NCBI GenBank assembly: GCA_020057085.1
Contig: JAGVGO010000204.1
Coordinates: forward strand, 1-55,156
DNA: 55,156 bases
Direction: 5' to 3'
Source: Planctomycetota bacterium
GTDB lineage: Bacteria; Planctomycetota; Uabimicrobiia; Uabimicrobiales; JABWCH01
The notes beneath the pieces are model-generated. The model saw only the letters and a program-made list of their open reading frames with translations, had not been told where the DNA came from and did no database searches. Made by a program: the position numbers and the translations under genes. Below are positions 1-8,037 of this stretch, piece after piece. Position 1 is the stretch's first letter; every line of letters starts with the position of its first letter.

Positions 1-156
1 ACACACGCATCAACCAACTGTCAACCGTGAGCGAACAATAAAACTGCCACGAAACTTGTGGGTACAAAACAGAGAGGTTATACTCTACCCATAATTTTTT
101 TATCCCCCCGAAGTGTTAGATACGCCCGTTGTCGAGGCGAATTTGCGAGAGATGTT

Positions 157-3100
157 TCAATAAGTTCGAGGGTTGTGGCTGCCGTAACACGAAGTATTCG
201 TCCAGCATGAGTTTTGTGTCGCCGACGTGGCCGCCTGCCAGCCAGACCAGGCACCGCCGATCATAAAATCGTAGCTCGGTGTATTGTCGGCATTGGGAGC
301 AGCGGCCGGCCAGAGGAATGTACCGCCGTGGATCATGCCGGGTCGGAATGTCCCGGTCGTGTCTGCCGAGTTGTAGCGGGCACCGGTATCCCAGGTCATA
401 GTTCCCTTCCTGAACAGACCGGCATGGCAAAGACGACAGCCAAAACCATAGGTGGCACTGGTAGGGCGGTGATCTGACCTGTTGTGGGCGGTAAAACGAC
501 TGCCGGTACTGGCTGAGACGTATGAAGTGGAAACATGACATTTGGTGCAGAAACCTTCATGCGCAGTGCGCACAGTACTACTGCCGGTAGGGTTATTGGG
601 ATCGAGTTCTCTGTCCACCATGAGCGAATAGAGGCCGCCGTGCCCGTCCACTTCGGTTGCGGGAGAAACCGCACCTCGCATCAAATGGCAGTCCCAGCAG
701 TTGAGAGTCTGACCGGTTCGCTTGAAAACGGCGTAAGCCGCTACCAGGGTGGTGTTATTGGAGTAAAGATTGTGGTAGCCATTGATCGGATGGTAGAAAC
801 TGTTGCTAGTCGCTACCTTGGAATCCACATCGAGAGCCGAGAAAGGGGTTGGCGTCTCCTGGAACGGCGTGCTTGGTGTGGCGCTGGCGCTGACGATTTG
901 GTAATTTTCCTGATCCGCAGCGCCGCCGGCGTCGTGGCATTTCAGACAAATATTGGTCATGACCTGGTTCTGGGTGCTTTCCCCGGTCGGCGGCGTGCCG
1001 TTGCGCCCCATGCCCGGGCCAAAAATGGTATGAGTGCCGTTGCCGGCATTGGTGAGCGGCAGCACAGGTCCACCTGAAGTAGCCGATAGCGTCAACGTGG
1101 TAGCAAGGGGTATACTTTGCACATAGTACGTCGTGTCAGGCAGCAACGGCACGGGAAGATAGCCGACGTAGCTCGTGCCGCCGTTGAGGCTGGTAAGTGG
1201 GAGTACAGGTCCGCCTGAGGTAGCCGAGAGCGTAAACGTGGTAGTAAGGGGTACACTTTGCACATAGTACGTCGTACCTGTCACCAGCGGCGCGGGCACA
1301 TCGTTGGCGGCGACTTTACCGCCGATCTGGGTGCTGGTGAGCGTGAACACAGGTCCGGGCCCCGGTGTCGCGCTTACGGTAAACTGCGTGGTAGGGGTGC
1401 CACTTACACTTTGCACATAGTACGTCGTAGCGGACACCAATGGTGTCGGCACAGGGTTGTGGAACTTGACCGGGGTATTGACCGCAAAAGTATGTGCTGC
1501 CGAAGTAGTCAGCGTATTTCCAGCAACCGCCGAGATCGTATAGGTAGTACCTGGAATATTCGCCAGTGTGACCGCGTTGTTTACCGCAAGGCCGTGTGCT
1601 GCCGATGTAGTCAGGGTGTTCCCTGCTACGGCCGAGATCGTCAAAGTCGGCGTGTTCCTCACTCTCACCTCAGTGCCAACCGTAAAACCGTGCGCTGCCG
1701 AGGTAGTCAACGTGTTCCCGCTAACCGTGAAAGTGAAGCTGGTAGGAATATTAAATTTGGTGAACGAAAATACCTGCGTTGCATCGTCTGGATTTTTCAG
1801 CCTCACCTTGCCTTCACGGTGTTGGCTGATGTCGTGGCAGACCAGGCATCGCAAGCTGATGTTATAGGCGAAAGCCGCTGGCGCTACCGGATCTGTGAGT
1901 GCAGAGAAGCCATGCCTGCCCTTATCGGCAGTAGCCGGAATGATATCACGACGTGAGCCAACGGCAGGGAAAATGCTGGTCTGTACCGTGTTATGGCAGT
2001 CGGCGCACATCTGTTTGGTAAGGCCGGCGCTGCGTTCGTACTGGAAACCGCCGCCGGCTACGCTGTTCTGATGGCGGTGGCAGGCGCTGCATGAGCCGGG
2101 AATGGCATCCGCGGTACTCCATTTTTTCATGAAATGATCGCTGTAGGCGGCATCTGTGCGTTTATGATAGAGCATACCGGCATTGCTATGGCAAACTTTG
2201 CACGGGCCCCAAGAAGTGCTGCCACTTAGACCTTTCGCATAATCGAGATTGCTCAAGAAGGTGACGTCGTTTGTGACATCGGCCGGATATTCTATGGTTT
2301 TTCTGATATTTTTGATGTTGGGCAACGCATCCTGGCGGTGCGGCTGATGGCATACCTTGCAGGTGATCGAAAACGCGGGATAGCTCGACCATGTACTCTT
2401 AGAATGGATATCTACGCTCGCATCTCCTGGCCCGCCGAGTTTGTGGCAGGCGTTGCAGAAATTGCCGGTGTCTTTGGCCGGATCGAGCAAAGGCCCGTTG
2501 GTGTTGGAACTCATATGACTTTTATGGCAGTCAAGACACCCATTGTCCCTGAACCCTATGTAAGCAGGCGTCCCTGTGTTGTCGTTGAGAAAATGGAAGC
2601 CATCTGTGCGCTGGTGCGCGGCGCGCTGGTTTTCTGGTAACTTGGGTTCTTCGGCCATTTGCTGATACGCAGCTACTTTGGGGGCGCGTGCAATCTCGGC
2701 AGCGGTGAACGTAGTCAGACGTTTATTCCGCAGATCGCACACTACCATAGAGCCATCGCTCAACAACACTAGACCGCCAGGGTTTTGCAACTGGCCTGGA
2801 TCCATGCCGAATTCGCCGATTATTTTCTGCAGCGTGCCGGCGGCGTCAAAAATGTACACGCCGTTCCACAAAGAATCTACGGCATAAATAAGTCCGGCCG
2901 CATCGACAGCAATACCTTCAGGGCGAACAAACCAGGCTGTATCGGCGGGTTTGTGGGTGATAGTGCTGAGGAAGTTGCCGGACAAATCGAATAGCTGGAG
3001 TCGCTGATTGCCGAAGTCGCCGACCACAATGCGTTGGTTTGTCTCATCCACAGCGACACCGGTAGGCCAGGAAAGCTGGCCATTACCTGTCCCCGACGTG

Positions 3101-3849
3101 CCAATGGTGGAGAGCAGGTTCTCGCCCGCGAGATGGAATACTTTGATCACACTTTCCTGGCTGTCGGTGACAAAAATCCGGGACTGAGCTTCGGAAACCG
3201 CGATGTCGTTGGGAACAGTGACAGCGCCAAAGCACCTGAGATAATTGCCCTGCTCGTTGTACACATCAATTCTTTGCTGGGTTTTATTGCCGACCAGAAT
3301 TTCGCCGTTTGTTTTGGCAGCAACGCCCAGTGGTTCGCCGTCCACTGTGAATTTGCCGGTGAGATTGCCTGCCAGATCGTAAATTCTGACACTGCGTTCA
3401 ATTGGATTGCTGACCAGGTAACCCTGCGCCAAACTCCTTGCTGACGTAAAAGCGATTCTTATTGGCGAAGGCGCATAAAATGGCGTTGCCAGTGTGCCCG
3501 GCTGGGAAGTCGCTGTCCCCGCATTGTTACTGACAATACAAAAATAGTCGCCCAAATCTGTCTGTGCCATCTGCTCTACTGTGTAACTGGCGGCATTGCC
3601 GGTAGCGACTAGCGAACCATCCTTATGCCACTCATAGGTCAGTGGCGTGGCTCCGGTCGCTCCGACCGAAAACGTCACTGCATCGCCCAGGTTTTTGGTC
3701 ACATACCGCTGCGGCTGCGTCACAATCACCGGAGCTGTCGTCACCTGGCCATTGTCCCAATTGCTGGAAGAATTTTTGTCATCACAAGATGTGCCAATGG
3801 CCAGCAACAAGACCATCAGCCAAAGCAAAATATTTTTGTATAAGTTCAT
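157..3849 (-). CDS. Secreted chimeric multiheme cytochrome c: Ig-like domain + NHL beta-propeller repeats + 11 CXXCH sites, interrupted by a Thr-rich repeat module
   Basis: 1230-aa ORF. AGGAGG lies 6 nt upstream of the ATG at 3849. N-terminal hydrophobic signal ends ...LLLAIGTSC. I-set-like Ig signature (TYEWHKDG...DLGDYFCIVSNNAG). NHL-type repeats (e.g. PTGVAVDETNQRIVVGDFGNQRLQLFDLSGNF). CXXCH starts at aa 438, 465, 497, 550, 587, 615, 668, 968, 1051, 1101 and 1138. Confidence 0.85.
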   Translation of the reverse strand: MNLYKNILLWLMVLLLAIGTSCDDKNSSSNWDNGQVTTAPVIVTQPQRYVTKNLGDAVTFSVGATGATPLTYEWHKDGSLVATGNAASYTVEQMAQTDLGDYFCIVSNNAGTATSQPGTLATPFYAPSPIRIAFTSARSLAQGYLVSNPIERSVRIYDLAGNLTGKFTVDGEPLGVAAKTNGEILVGNKTQQRIDVYNEQGNYLRCFGAVTVPNDIAVSEAQSRIFVTDSQESVIKVFHLAGENLLSTIGTSGTGNGQLSWPTGVAVDETNQRIVVGDFGNQRLQLFDLSGNFLSTITHKPADTAWFVRPEGIAVDAAGLIYAVDSLWNGVYIFDAAGTLQKIIGEFGMDPGQLQNPGGLVLLSDGSMVVCDLRNKRLTTFTAAEIARAPKVAAYQQMAEEPKLPENQRAAHQRTDGFHFLNDNTGTPAYIGFRDNGCLDCHKSHMSSNTNGPLLDPAKDTGNFCNACHKLGGPGDASVDIHSKSTWSSYPAFSITCKVCHQPHRQDALPNIKNIRKTIEYPADVTNDVTFLSNLDYAKGLSGSTSWGPCKVCHSNAGMLYHKRTDAAYSDHFMKKWSTADAIPGSCSACHRHQNSVAGGGFQYERSAGLTKQMCADCHNTVQTSIFPAVGSRRDIIPATADKGRHGFSALTDPVAPAAFAYNISLRCLVCHDISQHREGKVRLKNPDDATQVFSFTKFNIPTSFTFTVSGNTLTTSAAHGFTVGTEVRVRNTPTLTISAVAGNTLTTSAAHGLAVNNAVTLANIPGTTYTISAVAGNTLTTSAAHTFAVNTPVKFHNPVPTPLVSATTYYVQSVSGTPTTQFTVSATPGPGPVFTLTSTQIGGKVAANDVPAPLVTGTTYYVQSVPLTTTFTLSATSGGPVLPLTSLNGGTSYVGYLPVPLLPDTTYYVQSIPLATTLTLSATSGGPVLPLTNAGNGTHTIFGPGMGRNGTPPTGESTQNQVMTNICLKCHDAGGAADQENYQIVSASATPSTPFQETPTPFSALDVDSKVATSNSFYHPINGYHNLYSNNTTLVAAYAVFKRTGQTLNCWDCHLMRGAVSPATEVDGHGGLYSLMVDRELDPNNPTGSSTVRTAHEGFCTKCHVSTSYVSASTGSRFTAHNRSDHRPTSATYGFGCRLCHAGLFRKGTMTWDTGARYNSADTTGTFRPGMIHGGTFLWPAAAPNADNTPSYDFMIGGAWSGWQAATSATQNSCWTNTSCYGSHNPRTY
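1030..1737 (-). repeat. In-frame Thr-rich tandem repeats inside the cytochrome gene (aa ~705-940)
   Basis: There are three copies of ...GNTLTTSAAH(G/T)F... and four copies of ...TTYYVQS(V/I)...T(F/L)TLSATSGGPVLPLT.... The identical 20-mer CTTTGCACATAGTACGTCGT occurs at 1115-1134, 1256-1275 and 1409-1428. Confidence 0.8.
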
Positions 3850-3906
3850 AAAACCTCCTAGAACATAGTTCTATATCATATCCGATGAAATGATAACGGA
3901 TTGAAT

Positions 3907-5409
3907 CTATATCTCGTGCAATTTCCCTGCCGGATGCCCGCTTGCTTTGCCGCCGTGAAAATTGCCTAACTTTTCCATTATTTTTTTCATTTCCGGTGGC
4001 ATGATTCCTTGCATAGCCTTGGCCAGATAAGAATTATGCGTGATTATATGGATGACTTTGACGATGAATTCCTGCTTTTTGGCACTCATTTTTTCCAGGT
4101 TTTGCAGCTTGTGAAAATAGAAGTCGCGCGACGCCTTGCCAAGTTCTGTCGTCAATTCCTCCCGTGTCATGTTGACGGGTTTGACGACCGGCTCGACCAG
4201 GTTGTATTTGCTGTAATCTGTGACTTCGATGTAATCTTTGAGCGATTGGTAAATGGTGGCATAAGGCCACGGTGCGATAGCGAGAAAAAAGGCCAGGTCC
4301 GGATTGTAAAATTTAGCAAGCTCAAGCGTTTGCCGGATAGTTTCCGGCGTGTCGTCTGGCATGCCCAGCACAAAAGAGGTTTCCGACACGATGTCGTGCT
4401 GGTTGATAAGCTCCAGAGCGCGCAGCGAATCTTCGACTTTGATGTTTTTCTGGAATACATCCAGGGCTTTCTGCGAGGTAGATTCGACGCCGACGTAAAT
4501 ATGGTCTACCTCGGCTTCACGATATTTCCAAAAGATATCTTTATCTCTAATTATATCGTCAACCCGCGTTTCCATCAGGATTTTTACGCCGGTTTTTCGC
4601 TCGCGCAGCAGGTCCAATATTTTTTCCCAGCGATCGCGTGCATAAGTAGGCGTCTCGTCGGAAATCATCACTACATTGACACCAAAGCGGTCGCGCAAAT
4701 ATTCCAGCTCTTGCACGAAATTCTCCGCGCTGCGCCCACGCCAGCTTTTTTGCCAGAATAACTGCTGCGAGCAGAAGGTGCAGGCCTGGCAGCAGCCGCG
4801 CGAGGAGCTGACGATGGCCAGGCGCGAATTGGCCATAGCGCGGTAGGTGTAGATAGGCCAATCCACGAGGTCCCAGGCGGTGGGCAGGGCATCGAGATTC
4901 TGGATCATGGGCCGCGGCGGCGTTACGATCACTTGTCCATCCTGCCAGAAGGCAAGCGAACGGACTTTGTCCGGTTTGTCGCCGGCATTGAGACAATGGC
5001 ACAGTTCCACGAGTGTCTCTTCGCCCTCGCCGCGCACGATGAAATCCACGTAAGCATGGTGAGCGGGCAAAATTTCCTGGTAACAGAATGTCGGATGCAC
5101 ATTGCCGATGACAGTGACGATGTGCGGGGTGATTTCTTTGCTGAGCTTGAGCACCTGGAGTGCCGCGACGATTTCGGCGGTGAAAGCCGTGGTGGCGACG
5201 ACGTCCGGCTTTATCTCGCGGATACGGTTTTCTATCTCATCATAACCGTGCTGATGGCTCATGGCATCATAGATGTAAGGCTCGTACCCGGCAGCCCGCA
5301 AACTGCCTGCGATGTAGACAAAACCGACATTGAGCCACACGCCTGCCGATTCGACGACACCGGAATGGTATGGCGGAGTCACCAGCAACACTTTTTTGAT
5401 TTTCTTCAT
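3907..5409 (-). CDS. B12-binding-domain radical SAM protein (class B-like), function unknown
   Basis: 500-aa ORF. N-terminal Rossmann-like B12-binding region (KKVLLVTPPY...DVVATTAFTAEI...). Radical SAM cluster motif CxxxCxxC in SSSRGCCQACTFC. Its start lies 20 nt downstream of the upstream gene's stop. Confidence 0.85.
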   Translation of the reverse strand: MKKIKKVLLVTPPYHSGVVESAGVWLNVGFVYIAGSLRAAGYEPYIYDAMSHQHGYDEIENRIREIKPDVVATTAFTAEIVAALQVLKLSKEITPHIVTVIGNVHPTFCYQEILPAHHAYVDFIVRGEGEETLVELCHCLNAGDKPDKVRSLAFWQDGQVIVTPPRPMIQNLDALPTAWDLVDWPIYTYRAMANSRLAIVSSSRGCCQACTFCSQQLFWQKSWRGRSAENFVQELEYLRDRFGVNVVMISDETPTYARDRWEKILDLLRERKTGVKILMETRVDDIIRDKDIFWKYREAEVDHIYVGVESTSQKALDVFQKNIKVEDSLRALELINQHDIVSETSFVLGMPDDTPETIRQTLELAKFYNPDLAFFLAIAPWPYATIYQSLKDYIEVTDYSKYNLVEPVVKPVNMTREELTTELGKASRDFYFHKLQNLEKMSAKKQEFIVKVIHIITHNSYLAKAMQGIMPPEMKKIMEKLGNFHGGKASGHPAGKLHEI

Positions 5410-5429
5410 AATTAATTCGCATGCATCAA

Positions 5430-6683
5430 TTAGGCTGACTTTTTGGGGTCTCCGGGCTTCTTTGTATCTTCAGGCTTCTTGACCTGTGGATTCTTGACCT
5501 CGGGTTTCTTGGTGCTGTCCGGCTTGGTCATGCTATGCTCTTCCAGCTTCTGCGACAGATCATCCACCGCATCAGGCACGACGATGCTATCTTTAATGAA
5601 TAGTGTTTCCAGCGCCTGGCGGTAATATTTGATGGCCTCCGGCAGTTGCTTTGCTTTGTCCGCGGTCACGCCTTTTTCATAGAAATCGTGCGTCGCGCCG
5701 GTCTCCAGTTCTTCGTGCAAGAGGTCGCCGGCTTTGTGCAAATAGTCTCTTTGCTCCGCTTCTTTGCCGCTCAGCCGTGCCTGTTCATACAATAGACGCT
5801 GTTTGCGACCACCGAGCTTTTCATATTGCTGCAAGGCGGCTATGGCTTCTTTGTTTTTGTTGAGCATGCGGTAAGCGACCGCCATGCCCAGAGCCGGGTC
5901 GGGCTCTTTAGGGAATTGGCTGCTATACTGCTGGAAAAAGGTCAGCGCCTTGTCGTAACGCTTGTTCAGCAATTCCCAATTGCCGGTCTGCAAGAAGGCC
6001 GGCAAAAACTCGGGATACTGTTTCTGGACTTTCTGCAAAACACTTTCGGCCAGAGATTTCTGCCCACGCAACCAGAGTCGGCGGGCCATATTGAGATTGT
6101 AGACCTCTTTGCGCTCTTTTTCACTGAGGTTTTTGCCAGTGGCAGGGTTGAGTTTTTTCTCCATCTCTTCCTTGCTGATGTCGCCGCAGAGCCATGCCAG
6201 ATGCATCGTCACATCCAGCTCGTAGTTGTTGGGGCAGATGGGGCGATAACGCACCAGTGTGCCATCTTTGGCGACGACGAAGGTGCTGGGCAGGACAAAG
6301 ACTTCAAACTTGTTGAAAGCACTCCGCTCCTTGTCGGAAAGCAGCGGAAAGGCGATATTCCATGTTTTTGCTGTCTTTTGCGCAGTGGCGGTATCTTCGT
6401 CTGTGATACCGATAAACACGACACCCCGTTTGCCGAATTTGGCATAGACGTCGGCCAAAAGTTTAAATACTTGTTCCGAGATTGGTTGCTCGGCCTTGAA
6501 AAAAATAATGACACGCGGCTTGCCTTGATCCGCAGATGATTTGTAGTCGCCTATCTGAAACTCCGGCACTTTCTGTCCTTCTTTCAGATCACCCAGGTCG
6601 CCAACTCCTTGCGCTGACAGGAAGCAAAAACACATTATAAATAAGATCGAATATGTCATGAAACAGTTGGTAGAATACAGCAT
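5430..6683 (-). CDS. Secreted thioredoxin-fold (Cys-less redoxin-like) + TPR repeat protein, paralog A
   Basis: I chose the internal ATG at 6683 (MLYSTNCF..., AGGAG 7 nt upstream) by analogy with the paralog. Signal peptide ...FLSAQG. Redoxin-like core GKPRVIIFFKAEQPISEQ...VVFIGIT...FPLLSD...VLPSTFVV with QPIS where CXXC is expected. TPR-like helices follow, then a Lys/Pro-rich tail. Confidence 0.75.
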   Translation of the reverse strand: MLYSTNCFMTYSILFIMCFCFLSAQGVGDLGDLKEGQKVPEFQIGDYKSSADQGKPRVIIFFKAEQPISEQVFKLLADVYAKFGKRGVVFIGITDEDTATAQKTAKTWNIAFPLLSDKERSAFNKFEVFVLPSTFVVAKDGTLVRYRPICPNNYELDVTMHLAWLCGDISKEEMEKKLNPATGKNLSEKERKEVYNLNMARRLWLRGQKSLAESVLQKVQKQYPEFLPAFLQTGNWELLNKRYDKALTFFQQYSSQFPKEPDPALGMAVAYRMLNKNKEAIAALQQYEKLGGRKQRLLYEQARLSGKEAEQRDYLHKAGDLLHEELETGATHDFYEKGVTADKAKQLPEAIKYYRQALETLFIKDSIVVPDAVDDLSQKLEEHSMTKPDSTKKPEVKNPQVKKPEDTKKPGDPKKSA

Positions 6684-6747
6684 AACGCTCCTTTCGAATT
6701 TCAAACAAGGCATTACGGCCGGGGCCGGTTTTTTTCAAAATGAAACT

Positions 6748-6776
6748 TTATCCGACAAGTCCGACTTGTCGGATAA
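6748..6776 (-). terminator. Perfect 13-bp hairpin between the two Trx-TPR paralogs, a possible intrinsic terminator
   Basis: TTATCCGACAAGT-CCG-ACTTGTCGGATAA. On the minus strand it is followed by AGTTTCATTTTG. It lies 28 nt downstream of the paralog B stop codon. Confidence 0.5.
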
Positions 6777-6803
6777 AAAATTGATGTTTCATCGAAGAAA
6801 AAG

Positions 6804-8009
6804 TTATTTTGGTTTTTTCGCATCTTCTGGTTTCTTGGTGCTGTCCGGTTTGCTCATGCTGTGTTCTTCGAGTTTTTTGGACAGATTATCCACCGCATCA
6901 GGCACGACGATGCTATCCTTAATGAATAGTGTTTCCAGCGCCTGGCGGTAACATTTGATGGCCTCCGGCAGTTTCCCTGCTTTGTCCGCAGTCACGCCTT
7001 TTTCATAGAAATCGTGCGCCGCGCCGGCCTCCAGTTCTTCGTGCAAGAGGGCGCTGGCTTTGCGCAAATACTCTGTTTGCGTCGCCTCTTTGCCGTTCAG
7101 CCGTGCCTGTTCATACAATAGACGCTGTTTGCGACCACCGAGCTTTTCATATTGCTGCAGGGCTGCCATGGCTTCTTTGTTTTTGTTGAGCATGCGGTAA
7201 GAAACCGCTATGCCTAGAGCAGGGTCGGGTTCTTTAGGAAATTTGGCGCTGTACTGCTGGAAAAATGCCAGCGCCTTGTCGTAACGCTTGCTCATCAATT
7301 CCCAACTGCCGGTCTGCAAGGCGGCTGGCAAAAAATCGGGATACTGTTTCTGTATTTTCTGCAACACACTTTCAGCCAGAGAGTTCTGACCACGCAACCA
7401 GAGACGACGGGCCATGTTGAGATCGTAAATCTCTTTGCGCTCTTTTGGGCTGAGTTTTTTGCTGTTGTCAGGGTTGAGCTTTTTCTCCATCTCTTCCTTG
7501 CTGATATCACCACAGAACCATGCCAGATGCGTCGCCACATCCAGCTCGTAGTCGTTAGGGCAGACGGCCAGATAACGCACCAGAATGCCATTTTTATCGA
7601 TCACGAGTGTGCTGGGTAGTACAATGAGTTCAAGCTTGTTGAAAGCACTCCGCTCCTTGTCGGCAAGCACAGGGAACGCGATATTCCATGTTTTCGCTAT
7701 CTTTTGCGCGCTGGCAGCATCTTCATTGGTGATACCGATAAATGCGACACCGCGTTTGCCGAATTTGGCATAGACATCGCCCAAAAGCTTAAATATTCTT
7801 TCCGAGATTGCCTGCTCGGCCTTGAAAAAAATAATGACACGCGGCTTGCCCTGGTCTGTGGACGATTTATAGGCGCCTACCTGAAATTCCGGCACTTTTT
7901 GCCCTTCTTTCAGATCGCCCAGGTCGCTCACTCCTTGCGCCGACAAAAAGCAAACGCAAATTATCAATAAAACAGAGTATGTTATGAAATTGTTTGTAGA
8001 AGTTAGCAT
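6804..8009 (-). CDS. Secreted thioredoxin-fold (Cys-less redoxin-like) + TPR repeat protein, paralog B
   Basis: ATG at 8009 (MLTSTNNF...) with AGGAG upstream. The protein is collinear with paralog A and very similar throughout. Long stretches are near-identical at DNA level (e.g. 6880-6960 vs 5560-5640). It has the same Cys-less motif FFKAEQAISER. Confidence 0.75.
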   Translation of the reverse strand: MLTSTNNFITYSVLLIICVCFLSAQGVSDLGDLKEGQKVPEFQVGAYKSSTDQGKPRVIIFFKAEQAISERIFKLLGDVYAKFGKRGVAFIGITNEDAASAQKIAKTWNIAFPVLADKERSAFNKLELIVLPSTLVIDKNGILVRYLAVCPNDYELDVATHLAWFCGDISKEEMEKKLNPDNSKKLSPKERKEIYDLNMARRLWLRGQNSLAESVLQKIQKQYPDFLPAALQTGSWELMSKRYDKALAFFQQYSAKFPKEPDPALGIAVSYRMLNKNKEAMAALQQYEKLGGRKQRLLYEQARLNGKEATQTEYLRKASALLHEELEAGAAHDFYEKGVTADKAGKLPEAIKCYRQALETLFIKDSIVVPDAVDNLSKKLEEHSMSKPDSTKKPEDAKKPK

Positions 8010-8037
8010 AACATTGCTCCTTTCTGTAAGATGCTGG

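Noticed and set aside
60-101. A hairpin plus T-run (GGGTA...GAG/CTCTACCC followed by ATAATTTTTTT) at the left edge, considered as a plus-strand terminator.
   Set aside because: The stem is interrupted by a 7-nt bulge, and the gene it would terminate lies outside the window. The evidence is too weak for a feature call.
116-541. Many 60-230-aa ORFs overlapping the 157-3849 cytochrome gene in other frames.
   Set aside because: They overlap a 1230-aa ORF that has a signal peptide, an RBS and 11 CXXCH motifs. There is no independent support for them.
1030-1737. The possibility that the near-identical repeats are a diversity-generating retroelement (template/variable repeat) or a CRISPR-like array.
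   Set aside because: No reverse transcriptase or cas gene is present in the window. The differences between copies are not adenine-specific. The repeats are in-frame protein repeats without unique spacers.
6724-6741. A short GC hairpin followed by T7 on the plus strand (CGGC-CGGG-GCCG-GTTTTTTT).
   Set aside because: No plus-strand gene exists here to terminate. At best it is the other half of a bidirectional terminator together with the 6748-6776 hairpin. The 4-bp stem is marginal.
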